From Chrysomallon squamiferum (taxonomy: Eukaryota > Animalia > Mollusca), in the NCBI GenBank assembly GCA_012295275.1, contig CM022667.1:7750001-7814000 (forward strand): 64,000 nt of DNA. Direction: 5' to 3'. Both the position numbers and the translations under genes were made by a program. The notes under the pieces are model-generated. The model was not told the origin of the DNA, did not search any database, and worked only from the letters and a program-made list of their open reading frames with translations. Shown here one piece after another: positions 41,575-56,196 of this stretch (the first letter of the stretch is position 1; every line of letters begins with the position of its first letter).

Positions 41575-41651
41575 GTAGGCAGATCTACACGTTAACATTC
41601 TCGTAATATGTGAGGATAACTTCATCATTTATTATTATTATTTTTATTTTA

Positions 41652-41717
<66 letters not shown>

Positions 41718-41744
41718 TTTATTTTTCTTCTTCTTCTTCTTCTT

Positions 41745-41775
<31 letters not shown>

Positions 41776-42080
41776 TTATTATTATTATGATTATTATGAT
41801 TATTATTATTATTATTATTATATTTTTTTATTTGTATTATTTTGTTTTAACCAAATACAGTTTTTGGTATAAACAATAATAACGAAACTCTTTTCAGGAA
41901 AATTGCTGATTCTCTTTGTTTTGCTATCGCGTTATATCCAGTTCTAGCCAGTACTCTGTGACTAGTTTATTAAAACTATGACACTTGATTTCTCGTCTGT
42001 GGGTTAATGCATATAAAAGATATCTCGATGTTAACTGAAAAAGATTAACCTAATTCATCAATTAAACTGTATCGTCCTTG

Positions 42081-42737
<657 letters not shown>

Positions 42738-42757
42738 TATGTGTGTCTGTATTTCAG

Positions 42758-42990
42758 GTTTCTGTGATGATGATGGCGAGTTTGAATGTTCTAATTTGAA
42801 ATGTGTCGCTGCTGAAGTGAAGTGTGACTCATACAACAACTGCGGCGACGACTCTGATGAGAGAATTGGCTGTTTAATGTCAATTGGCATCGTCGTCGGC
42901 ATCATCTGTGGTGTGCTGTTTGCAGTTGCAGTAGTTGCTGCCATCGCCTCACTTGTGTACAACCGTCAAACGTATCAGCGTATCCAACAG
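42758..42990 (+). CDS. Gene B exon 4: LDL-receptor class A repeat, transmembrane helix and YQRI motif
   Basis: gtatttcag|GT TTC TGT...CAA CAG|gtagta. CDDDGEFECSNLKCVAAEVKCDSYNNCGDDSDERIGC is a canonical 6-Cys LDLa repeat with D-x-S-D-E. IGIVVGIICGVLFAVAVVAAIASLVY is a TM helix. Confidence 0.93.
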
Positions 42991-43019
42991 GTAGTACCAT
43001 TGTATTCGACTTTACTGAC

Positions 43020-43480
43020 TACCCTAGACAAAGTTAGACTCTACTAGACTCAGCCAGAATGTACAAGACAAACCTAGACTCTACTAGACTAAGCCAGATT
43101 TTACTAGACAAAGCTAGACTCTACTAGACTAAGCCAGATTTTACTAGACAAGGCTAGACTCTACTAGACAAAGCTAGACTCTACTAGACTAAGCCAGATT
43201 TTACTAGACAAAGCTAGACTCTACTAGACTAAGCCAGATTTTACTAGACAAAGCTAGGCTCTACTAGACAAAGCCAGATTTTTCTAGACAAAGCTAAGGT
43301 CTACTAGACTAAGCCAGATTTTACTAGACAAAGCTAGGCACTACAAGACTAATCCAGGTTTTACTAGACAAATCTAGACTCTACTAGACTAAGCCAGATT
43401 TTACTAGACAAAGCGAGACTCTACTAGACTAAGCCAGATTTTACTAGACAAAGCTAGGCTCTGCTAGTTTAAGCCAGTCT
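43020..43480. repeat. Hierarchical 10/20/40-bp tandem repeat in gene B intron 4
   Basis: 40-bp unit CTACTAGACT AAGCCAGATT TTACTAGACA AAGCTAGACT, built from 10-bp subunits. Confidence 0.92.
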
Positions 43481-43737
43481 ACAAAGAACTAAAGTCGACA
43501 AGACAGATTTGATATACTAGTAATTCGACTTTAACTAAATTACCATTAGGTTAAGCTGGGCTTAACGAATTAGATTTAGCTTAGATTAAACCAGATTAGA
43601 TTAGATTAGATTAGATTAGATTTGTTAGTACTAATTTTGACTATCATAATATATAATCCTAGAAATTCATCCTATATATTTTAAAATATTCTGTTTATAC
43701 TAATGTCTAACATTGTCTATATATATATATGTGTGTA

Positions 43738-43772
<35 letters not shown>

Positions 43773-43784
43773 TTACAAACTCAG

Positions 43785-43886
43785 GAACCACCATGTAATT
43801 ACGGTGTTGCAGCAGTAACAACAACGACGACGACGGCTGTCAATCATCCATACAAAGGCCAGCCTCCTTATCAACCGAGATGGTGA
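43785..43886 (+). CDS. Gene B exon 5 (last): cytoplasmic tail EPPCNYGVAAVTTTTTTAVNHPYKGQPPYQPRW*
   Basis: aaactcag|GAA CCA... Phase 0 matches exon 4. TGA at 43884-43886 and AATAAA at ~43996 and ~44032. Total CDS 771 nt (256 aa). Confidence 0.78.
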   Translation, partial: EPPCNYGVAAVTTTTTTAVNHPYKGQPPYQPRW

Positions 43887-44210
43887 AAAAAATGAAGAAA
43901 AAACCCATCACATGACATGTTTCGATGGTGATCATTATGGAATGGAGAAACAGTTTACCTTATTAACTCTGTTACGTTACTTTTTTACATATATAAATAA
44001 ATTATTTAATCTATTAATCTATTAATTAATTAATAAAATTATATTAAATCCAAATGCAGTTGAAGAATGATTACAGTTGATCAAAACTTGACGTAAATGT
44101 AAATAAATTATGAGAAATATTAAATATACATTTGTTTATTTCAGTTTTGTGATCACAAGATTGCACACATACTCTTATACATACGCATATGCATATACAT
44201 ACATACATAC

Positions 44211-44241
<31 letters not shown>

Positions 44242-44337
44242 AGAAAAGATGTCAGATTATTCTGAATGAATCGCCAAACTTCTTTGGATCTCTGCCAATA
44301 CATTGTCCAATTATTTGTCAGTCTGTTTGTCTGTCTG

Positions 44338-44392
<55 letters not shown>

Positions 44393-45852
44393 AATACATA
44401 TACATAAGAGTGCGTGTTTTACATGTTAAATAATTTGAAAAGCAGAGAAGAAAAAAGAAGAAATACTGATATATGCAAATAAACCGCTCTTAACTTTTCT
44501 GCAACAAATATGAGGAAAATCTTAGTTTTTGTATCGCTAACTCATAGGGTTTTTTTTTTTTTTTTTTTCTTATAAACCGTCCTTTTTTAATTCTTCTTCT
44601 TCTTCTTCTTTATTTCTCTATATTATTAACAGAGTTCTGTATTTTCCTGTTCTAGGATCGCTTCTTTTTGTATTCATTTTCGTTCTTTCTTGTTCTTTTA
44701 TTTTATTTTATTTTATTTGTATTTTCTGTTTCTGCCGTTTGTAATGTTTTTCTTTTTCGCTTTAACGCAGACACCTAACGTGAAGATTGATTTCCCGTGT
44801 TAATTAAAACCGCGCCGACTCTCATCATTTGACTGTTTAGCGAACCCGCGTGCAGGCGAAAACGAAGACGGCTCGTAAGAAAATTAACTGATTAATTATT
44901 TAGTAAAAGATAATCACAGTTTTAACATTTATTACACAGAGTCAGCCTCAACAACATAATAAAGACCTCCTCGCTAACCAGCCACGTGCACCTGTCTTTC
45001 CCGCCAGATTCTCACTGTTGCCATGGCGTCCGGTGATCGCGTCACTTCCGGCCGAAGCAGGTGCTTCGGCGAGTTCAAACGCGAGACGGTCAGTGAAGTG
45101 TCTTCGAGGACGACGTCTGACCACCGCAATTATCACGTTTCCTTTCCTCACCCCTTTCACGCGAGTCATTTTCAAAAACACGGCTCAGAAACATGCTGAC
45201 GTTATTGTCAATTTTTATAATTGCGTAGTAATTTTGTAACTTTCTGATACCATATTTGTCTGAAGGAGTGATTAAGTGAAATACTGACTTCACTAATGAT
45301 ACAAATCAAAGTTAAATTATGTTTTAATCAAATGCTGAACGTAAATTACTACTTCTCCTACCACTACTACCACAGCCACTACGACTACTACTTAATATTA
45401 ATAGTAATATTACTGCAGCTACTGCTTCTACAACTATTACCACTACGATTACTAGTTAATACTAACAGTAATATTACTACTACTATGTCTACTACTTAAT
45501 ACTAATACTCATATTACTGCTATTAATTCTGTTTATACTATCATTACTACTAATATTACGACTATTACCATAATTATTGCTAGATCAATCACTATGTATT
45601 ATTACTACTACTATTTTAACTACTACTACAGCTACTGTTACAACTATTGCATCTACTGCTTTAACTACTACTACTATTAATACTATTATGGCTATTGCTA
45701 CCACAATTAGTACCACTATCGCTATTGCTATTATTTTGACTACTGCTACTACCACTAAAAATAATAATAATAACAATACAGATGTTTAACTATTTCTCTA
45801 ACAGAAAATATGTAAGTAAACAAAAACTGCATTCTGTGATTAGTTTTAAGTT

Positions 45853-45942
<90 letters not shown>

Positions 45943-48900
45943 CGCTCTCTCTTTCTCTCTGTTTTCTTCTCTCGCTCTGTGTCTCTCTCTGACTTTGCAT
46001 ATATCTCTCTTGATATCTTTTTCTCTCTCTCTTTCTCTCTATCTATCTGTCTATCGTGCTCTCTGTTTCTTTCTAACAAGAAACTGTTGGCAGGTGCAAG
46101 CGTCTGTCGTATTACAAAGTCGCTAATGTGTTGATATGTCAAGAGGGGAGATAATTATCGCTCTCCTGCGCCTGAAGACGAAGAAGTTTGGCGTGATCGT
46201 AAAGGGAATTGCCAGTACGTGAAGAGAACGGTTTTCTGAGAGGATCAACACGAGCCGCTTTCTGCGTATCTTTGAAAACAGCTTGTGTTTCAAACAATCA
46301 ATATTTGAGAAACGACGAGGATGATGTTTCGACGTTGTTATTTAAACAGCGTCGTTGATACAATCTCTTTTCTCTTGATATCGCAGCCAAGTGAAAGAGA
46401 GAAAGAAGTCAAATGTCTGTTTTAACACAAAACACTCCACCTCGTTTAATCTGTGACAACCGAACTAATAAATAAACAAACAAATAAATGAATAAATGAA
46501 TAAATCATTAAAGTATCGTAGACATAAATTGTTACAAGTTTTGCATACACACACACACACACACGCACTCACAAATACGGTTACAAAGAGACGTATGACA
46601 GACAGACAGACAGTCACAGAAATAATAAGACAATGTACTGGCAAAGAACCAGAGACGTTTGGCGATTCATTCAGAACAATCTGATATTTGTATTTTTTCT
46701 TCATATTTAGTTCGCAAGGCGCGCGAAGCCGACATCCGGTTTGCGGAAGTCATGCGCGTGGTTATTCTTACCAGGTGTCGCTTTCGCTTTCAGGCACGTG
46801 CTTTTAAATAGGTGATACATCCAAGTGGAACCATCCATAAACCTTGAAATTCTATCACATGTTAGTCTCGCTGTACACATACCAGAAAAACAACGTCTTT
46901 GATATTTGTGTTGTTTATTGTCCCTCTACGTGTGTACATAACAGACTCCGCCTGGGAGAGAGGTTTTATTCCTGTGTGTGCAGATTACTCGCCACTGTTA
47001 ACACAGTGTATGCGTGTAGTTCTGTGTGTCTGAGATCTTTATGTGAGAATCATTTGTAAATCGAGATTAATTTTATAGCTGTTACATGGCTCCTGTTTAC
47101 TGATAATGAAAATTTTATCTTCGTCAGTTTTAATACGGCGTCTTGTGATGATTTTTATTGACTGGGGATTTGTAAATAACAAAAATGTTAACGAAATAAA
47201 ATGAAAGTTGCTTATAAAAGAGAAGTGAAACCAGGACAAAGAAAGCGGGTCTACTACTACTACTACTACTACTGCTACTGCTACTACTACTAAGGCTACT
47301 ACTACTACTACTACAACTGCTACTACTACCACTACTACTACTAGTACTGCTACTGCTACTACTACTACTACTACTAAGGCTACTACTACTACTACTAAGG
47401 CTACTCTACTACTACTACTACAGCTGCTACTACTACCACTACTACTACTACTACTAAGATTACTACTACTGCTACTCAGTGCTTCTATTATTATTATTAT
47501 TATTATATTATTATTATTATTATTTTGTCCCGAATGACAAAAATAACATAACTCGCAATGGGCACATTTTTTTTAAATTTAAATAATTTACTTCAAATGA
47601 ACGTACAAACCACTTTAGTGATCAGTGAATAAAATATTAAAACAGATTTAGAATTTAAAAAATAATAATAATAATTAATTAACGTTAATCTGACAAACGT
47701 TATTTTTTTAAGTGGTCTCTGTTAATGAAGAAACAGAATATTATGAAACAATAACAAGAACAAAAAAAAAAAAAAAAAAAAAAAAATGAAAAAAAATCAT
47801 ACAAGTAAATGTACAAAGGGGCGGGTGCCGTGACACGATCCTGTTAACCACCAGTTTTCACACAGAAGCGAGAACGACGCAACAGCGTCTAGTCTGGTTG
47901 ATTAAGTCTACCATTTCCTCCGTCGTCTTCTCGTCTGATAAACGAGAGATTTGGTTTCCCGCATCAAAGAGTTCGTCTCGGGGAAGTTATTCAAACAGCT
48001 CGCAGCCCCGGGCGGGTGGTTAGGAAGGTGCGAAGGGCGTTCAATCCGTGTTGTCTGACATAACACTAGCCTCCCTGGGGGAAGATCGCAGCGGGGTGGG
48101 GCTAGAATGAAGTGCTAAGTAGCTATCAGTTTTGTTTTCAAATCAAACTGTAACACTCGATACGTTTCTTTATCAGACGCCCTCCCTCAGACTTACCACT
48201 CATCTGAGTTTGTCAGTGCAGAGAGTTTGTATTACTCAGTTCGTTTTGTAAGTGATTGTCTGTGTGCGTGTGGGTCTATTGATGTACATAAATATACGTA
48301 CATTAGTATATGTTTGCGCATGTATGTACCTAGCTAAAAGGTATAACATTCTTTGGCTTCAAGATAATTCTACCTATTTGACAGAAGAATCTCTAGATTA
48401 AAAACTTAATATTAATGCAGTTATTTTTTTCTTCTTCTTCTTCTTTTAACCATCTTTCTTCTTTCTTTTCTTTTTTAAATAATTAAATCAGAGAAGACCA
48501 AAATCAGTTGCCTGTTTTTATACAAACGTTTTTATCTGCGACAACTGCGCAGCATTTGAAAGAAGAAAAAAAATAAATTAATATGAAAATTAATTTAAGT
48601 CTGCCTGCCCATTAAACGATGACTAAAACCGCATATTTCCTCTCGCACTTGTTATCTCTGAAACATCTCATCAATGTTTCATGTCCTCCGACGATTTCAT
48701 TTGTAGTTTCTATCAATATTTAACCAATCGCTAATAGGACTGTATTTACTGCTCGCTCAGTCTTCCCACAATACATCTGTAATTGGTCGCACGTGTTTAC
48801 GGCTCCCGGCTGCTTTGTCATTCCGCTATTGAAAATAAATAGTGTAATGCGATTTCGTTTGTCTTTTAAATACAGGGTGTGTGATGGGCCGAGGTCCGTG

Positions 48901-48950
48901 TGAAAAATGTAAACTCTCGTGAAAGAGGTCAGCTTGCAAACACAGCGTCA

Positions 48951-49032
<82 letters not shown>

Positions 49033-49833
49033 ATGACACAAACATACTTTAATTTATTTTGGTTTAAAAACAAATCTGCAGTAACAATATCGTTCAAAGA
49101 ATTTTAAAATCTTGTACAACTTTCTACGTTTTTCTAAAGAAAGACTGTTTTAGCTACTCGTGTATTTTCACAAATACGTATATCTAAGTAACTTGTCATT
49201 TTTCCTTCTTCTCTTTTTTTTTTTTTTTTTTTTTTTCCGACCACTGCTGTTCATACTTATACCGAGGTAAAAATTAGGATAAACAAACAAAGAATATTTT
49301 CGCCGAGTTTGTCTGTGACATTGTTTCCGGCTGTTTCCGCCTGTTTCCGTCCGAAGACGGGCTGCAGTTTATTACGGAATGGTTGTGTTCGGTAAGAGGT
49401 CTGGATGGCAACATAAAACATCACACTTGTTGTTGTTTTTTCACCGCGCTGTGTAAACCGTGACATTTCCATTGTTCCTGTCCTTAATAAACCGCGCGTG
49501 TTTTCCATTTTCCCATATCCCTTAAAACACGATCCACGCAACTGTTCATTATGTCGAATATTAACAACATTTATTTTGTTTTCGCAATGAATACGCTTTT
49601 CGAAACCGTTCTGTAAGCAGTTTGCGAAGTACAGTTAGTTGTTATAGAAACCATACGTTAACACTCGCTTTCTTTCCTGTCCCTTAACGCTTCTGTTAAT
49701 GTTCAAGTATTTTAACAGAGATTTTTAAATTTATTTTTCATCCAGAAAACAAAATTTCCATCTACCAAGTGTTAGACATAGAACAGCATGATACGACTTC
49801 GAAAAATTATAAACTAATAATTTTATATTTCAG

Positions 49834-49893
<60 letters not shown>

Positions 49894-49949
49894 GCTGTGT
49901 TGATGATGATGATGATGATGATAAGGATAGTGATAATAATAATAATAAT

Positions 49950-50009
<60 letters not shown>

Positions 50010-50028
50010 CAACAACAACAACAACAAC

Positions 50029-50062
<34 letters not shown>

Positions 50063-50401
50063 TCATGATAATAACGGTGATATGGTATAAATGTGAATAA
50101 AATTAATTATAAATTATATACTTTTTAAATATATTAATTAAATAGGATAATAATTTTGTCATTAAAAAAGGAAACAGATTTCTGTAATGTAAGAAAGATA
50201 CAACATCTTTCATTCTACATAAAGCCGGATAATTGTTTTACAGTTTACATTTTTTATCAGCTTAAAGACCTGTATTTGGAGTTATAATACTCGAATTAAC
50301 GAAGAAATTAACTAATATTTTCTTTAAAACAAGCTCAACTTTGACATTAATCTGTGAACATTGTTAGACTAAACACTGAACAGAAAATACTGTCTGTTGT
50401 G

Positions 50402-50453
<52 letters not shown>

Positions 50454-50516
50454 CATTATTATTATTATTACTATTATTATTATTACTATTATTGTTGTTG
50501 TTGTTGTTTTTATTAC

Positions 50517-50563
<47 letters not shown>

Positions 50564-50613
50564 TTATTATTATGTATTATTTTGTAATAGTTGAAAATGA
50601 TAGTTTAATGCAT

Positions 50614-50804
50614 GTAAAGAAAACAGATTGTGTAACATATAAATACAAATACTGCAGTAGATATTATTGGTTGTAAAGAAAACAGATTGTGTAACATATA
50701 AATACAAATACTGCAGTAGATATTATTGGTTGTAAAGAAAACAGATTGTGTAACTTATATAAATACAAAAACTGCAGTAGATATTATTGGTTGTAAAGAA
50801 AACT
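50614..50804. repeat. 59-bp tandem repeat, about 3 copies
   Basis: gtaaagaaaacagattgtgtaacatataaatacaaatactgcagtagatattattggtt at 50614, 50673 and 50732; partial copy at 50793. Confidence 0.92.
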
Positions 50805-50925
50805 TCAGAAACTAAACTGAAATATCAAGTTTATAAACTGTCAAATGTGTATTTCTGTAGCAGATGTTTTCATGTTGTATTTGTTTATTTATTTATTTAT
50901 TTATTTATTTATTATTATTATTATT

Positions 50926-50964
<39 letters not shown>

Positions 50965-51906
50965 ATTATTGTTGTAGTTATTATTTTCATTATCGTTATA
51001 TTTGTTATCATTTTTTAAGTAGCGTGATTTATTAATGTTATTTACATACACCTCTTATAAGAAATAATAATAAAAACATGTATATGTATGTGTGTTTGTG
51101 TGTGTGTCTGTGTGTATGTTTGTGTGTGTATGTGTTTGTGTGTGTGCGTGTGATTGTGTGTGACTGTGTGTGTGTGTGTGTGTGTGTAATTGGATGTGTG
51201 TATGTTTCTATGTCTGTCTTAGGGTTGGTTTGGGTTAGAGTTACGTATGCATATAAATATATTCAAAAATGCATACATTCATACATATATACATGTACAT
51301 ATCTACACAAACACACACACACACAAACACACACAAACACATATTTTAATTTTAATCGTCTTCTGTTTTAAACTACGCATTTTTCGTTCACCTTTGTGCT
51401 AATATTTCTGACTGCTGCGAAATCGAAATAAAAGCAAAAAAATAATAATAATAAAGGAAAGAAAATTAGAAGAAAAAGGGTTTTAAAAAGTAAGTAATTA
51501 AATGTGTGCATAAAGCTTTTATATTTACAGGTACAGTTAAAATTACTAAAAGATTGAAAATGAATATTTGATTTAAAATATAATTAAGAAAATTACATTA
51601 TTCTGTTTAATTTAATATTTATTAAATTTCATTTGTTTTATTAATTTATTTATAAATACAATTATTTCCAGGTCGTCTTGTCTAGCATTTTCAATTAATC
51701 AAGCGATGTGTATTAATGTCGATTAAATAAATAAACAAATAAGTAAATAAGTAAATAAATATGTAAATAAATAAACAAACAAACAAACAATTAAATAAAC
51801 AAATAAATAAACATTTTTGTAATTTCATAAAAGAAATTTATCGTTTATATTTTTTCTACTTCTCGGATTCTTTCTTTCTTTCTTTCTTTCTTTATTTATT
51901 TATTTG

Positions 51907-51957
<51 letters not shown>

Positions 51958-52769
51958 AATTATTTGGTTCTTTGATGTATTTTATTCTGTTGAAAATGTA
52001 TAAAGTAGGCACAGTGAAGAATATGTTATTTGGAATTTGTATTTAATAATTTTATGTATGAAGTACACATGAAATTGAAATATTCATATGAGAAAAACAA
52101 AGCATTTGTAATATTTGCAACCCTATTGTCAGTATTAATAATAACAGTAACACAAACAGTAGTTGTAAGAGCAGTAATAATAATAACGGTAATAAAAAAA
52201 AAAAATACTAAATGAATATGCATGTTTCTGTGTGTGCGCGCATGAAACGCCAGCTTTAACACGTGAATTATGAGGTAATTTCGAGTGAGTTGACAGTTAA
52301 CAAAGTAATCAGCTGTTTAATGAAGCGTGACCCACGTGATTCTCAGTCAGCTGTAAACACGTGAGTTGCATTCAGTCCTAGCACGTTTATTTATAACTGT
52401 TCAGTTTTCAGTTCAGATGTTTTCAAATGTAAATCTTGAAAAACAAACAAATAAAAAATTATAACTGTGTTGCTAAATCGTGGGATGTATGAAAGATGTA
52501 TTTAATTTTCATTTCTCCTTCTTTCTTATTTTATTTCGATTATTTGCTTATTTGTTTTTATTTTTATTGTTTAATTTATTTTTATATATTTATTTATTTA
52601 TTTTTTTTTTTTTTTTTTTTTTTTGTTATCAAAATCACTGTAAAATTAAAAGAAAAGAAAAGAAAATACTCGACTAATAAAAGCATCAGACACGAGGTGT
52701 TTTTTCTAGTACAGCAGTAAGAATGTCACCTTCAGCGCTCGTGCGGAGCAGACGAGGGGAGGTGTTTGG

Positions 52770-52777
52770 TATAAATA
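52770..52777 (+). promoter_or_regulatory. TATA box of gene C (candidate)
   Basis: TATAAATA in a GC-rich context 160 nt upstream of the first in-frame ATG. Confidence 0.5.
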
Positions 52778-52929
52778 GCCGTCCTGTCAGGAAATCCTAA
52801 CGGCTTGCACGAGCCGGCTAACGGCGGGATACGACGCGAGCTCATAAATATTAAACAGGTTTTCCGAGCGATTTGTTTCAAAACATGTGTACTTGGAAGT
52901 ATTTCCTCCGACGCCGCTGTTAACGTTGG

Positions 52930-53482
52930 ATGAACGCGCCGGCGTATTTTCTCTACGGAAATTGCAACCGTTGTGAAGTCGGCGGCAGGCTTCGTTTGCA
53001 GGAAGGTGACGCCATGGACGTAGCAAACACTCTGAGGTACAGCAGCCTCAACGTCCCCCACGTGACCCGCGACGCGGCGACACTCGACGCCTACAACAGG
53101 GTGAAGATGGAAAACGACCAATGCGGTGCGGGCTGGTGCGACAACGTCAGCAAACTCGTCGCAGCGGAAGCGGGTAGTCGCAGCATGTCGTCTACGCTGT
53201 CGTCCCCGGAGACTGCCAGCGAGAAACGAGCAGACGACTTCCCTTCCTTCGCTCCCAGGTTTCCCTTCCCCGAGATGGCGAATTCCGTTACGGAAATTGT
53301 CGGAAATGACATTCGAAAGAACATCTCGCAAAGCTTTCAGAAGTCAGACGGCGTCGTGTACAACTTCCCCGCCTCGCAGTACGTGAACGCACGGAAACAG
53401 ACGACGTTCAGACAGACAGACTACCTACCCGTCAACACCCAGTGTCCTGATAAAATCTCCTCCAAAGTCTTTGTACCCGCTG
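52930..53482 (+). CDS. Gene C first coding exon: N-terminus of an ERG/FLI-family ETS factor with Pointed domain
   Basis: GC-rich open frame ending SKVFVPA G|gtaagt, matching ERG/FLI 'RVIVPA|D' just before the Pointed domain. Contains VKME. The true start may be the stronger gccATGg at 53014. Confidence 0.85.
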
Positions 53483-53555
53483 GTAAGTCTGATTTAATAT
53501 TTTTATCTTTCTAATTGTTTGTTTGTTTGTTTGTTCACTCTCTTTTTTTTTGAAT

Positions 53556-53587
<32 letters not shown>

Positions 53588-53677
53588 TTTTTGTTTATTT
53601 GTTTGTTTGTTTGTTTGTTTGTTTGTTTGTCGGTTTATCCATTCATTCCTTTATCTATTTTTATATTTAAATATTGT

Positions 53678-53716
<39 letters not shown>

Positions 53717-55522
53717 TATTTATTTTGTGTGGTTCTTTAAATATTGTTTTCTTCAAAGAATTAAAATATTTATTGGGAAATTGCAATTTATATTTATTTT
53801 CGTCATGGAAGATAACATGTAGAATTAGAATCAAAGTAACAAAATATGAAGAAAAAACCATTTCATTTTATTTCATTTTATTTCATTTTATTTTATTTTA
53901 TTGTAATTATTTTATTGTAATTATTTTATTTTATTTTTATTTTATTTTATTTTATTTTATTGTATTTATTTTATTTCGTTTCGTTTTCTTCAGATATTAC
54001 GGATTTATTTATTTTTTGAAACTCATTAATTCATTAAAATTCTTAAATCCGTACATTATTATTTTTTTCTGTCTTTCTTCCTATTTTTTCATTAGTCTGT
54101 TGATTTCACCTACATATTTTTTTCTCTTTTTACTGAAAAGATTTTGTTGTGTTTTAACAAAAAAAGTCTACTGCAATCTACAGTACCTGAAGTAGCGTTT
54201 TAATTGAGAAGTACAAGTACGACTTTAATAAATATATCTTTCTCGTGCTAACAGCTTCAAATAAATGTAAGAATTAGGAAAAAATAAGCTATAGGAAATA
54301 AATAAATAAATAAATAAATAAATAAAATAAAATAATCTTTAATTCATCAAATAGTGTTGTTTTTAAATTGTTATTTTCAAGTTTTAAATTCAGATTATAA
54401 CAACTACAGTTTCTAAAAGTGAAATTTGGTACATTTTTAAAAAGTAAATAATAATAATAATAATAATAATAATTATTATTATTATTATTATTATTATAAA
54501 AAAGGAAAAAGTACAACAAAAAAAAGAACGAAAGAAAGAAAAGAAATGAAATTCATTAATCCACTAATACACATCTTACAAGTTTCCGCTGATAACGTCA
54601 TCAAACAAAACTGCGGTGAGGTTTTATTTGTTTGATTAGTTAAGAGCGTTAAAAATAAAATAAAATTAGTTCGCCAGTTTTAGTATTATAATCATCAAAA
54701 AAAAAGAAAAGAAATTGCAGATTTTCAAAATTCTGAATGAGAATTTAATGCTAGTGTAATAGTTACTAATTAATAAAATTTAATAACATTTTAAAGTATT
54801 TTCAATTCATAAACAAAAGTTTCATTTAAAAAGCTTATTTGTATAAATTATAGATAATATTCTAGTAACTACATACATAATTTAACAAATTATATCTATA
54901 CCACTATAGTCTTAAAAAAGGTTTTAACATTAACATTTAAATATTTTCTTAATTTAACTAGAGAATTTAATTCAACAGACTTTATCAATTATTTTATGTT
55001 ATTTAAAAAAGTAATAATTAATACTTCTTTGTTTTTTACTTTGTTATGAGATAAAAGTTATCTTGAGATAAACACTAATTATACAGTCAAACTGCACCGT
55101 CTTTATCGAATAAACATTTAATTTTTTTATTGATAATTTTCTTATCTTCCATTTTCGCTTCGCATTTTGTTGTTAGTAATATAACAGTTAAAAAAAAAAA
55201 ATAAATTAAATTTTAAAAAATAAAAGATTATTATAATTACAAAATGTGACGTTAACGTTGACATGAAAACTTTAGTCTACTTAACATTGGTGTGAGTAAT
55301 ACAAGATAAGTCATTAACTGACAGTGAGAGAAGTTGCAGTTAGACAGAATCTTGTTTTCAGAGAGAAGCTTTAACGAGGGGGGGGGGTGTTAGGCAACGA
55401 TTATTTGCCCAGGGCGTAAAATGTAAGTGCGCAAATTATAGTCACAAAAAATAACTATATAATTAGAAAAGACCGCAGAAATATCGCAAAGGCTATTAGT
55501 ATTATTATCTTTGTTTTATTAC

Positions 55523-55591
<69 letters not shown>

Positions 55592-56115
55592 TATTATTAT
55601 TATTTTGTCTAGTTTCACTGATTTTGTTTTTAAAATATTCATTTTTTTTAATTTTGTTTTTTCATCCCGGTAGAAAACTGGCTTATTTCGTTCTCTTCAC
55701 CGAATGAAAAATAAACTATTTTCAAGTTATTTATTTATTTATTTGTTTGTTAACGTGTTTAGTTGTTTGTTTGTTTGTTTGTTTATTTATTTATTTAGGT
55801 TCGAAAATAATCTATATTTATATAAGAAAGATTTAGACAGTATTCGATATACTCCACGTTAATAAAAAAAAACCCAGTAAAAACCTGATTACCTGCTCGT
55901 TAATCTGTAAACTTGAATTTAAAATACGTTAATTAAATAAATGTTATGTTTCAAATCTTTTAAAGAAAAACGATATTTTATATATTAATAACGAAAATAT
56001 ATCAGGATAAGGATTTTTTGTTGTTGTTGTTGTTTTATTTTATTTCTTTAAAATAAACCGACATATTCCTTTATTTTTTGTTATTAGTAAAAACATAAGA
56101 TTTTGTTTGATATTT

Positions 56116-56196
<81 letters not shown>

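Noticed and set aside
52732-53386. 199-aa antisense ORF and other frames over gene C exon 1
   Set aside because: Shadows of the GC-rich sense exon, whose frame is fixed by the VPA|DP junction.
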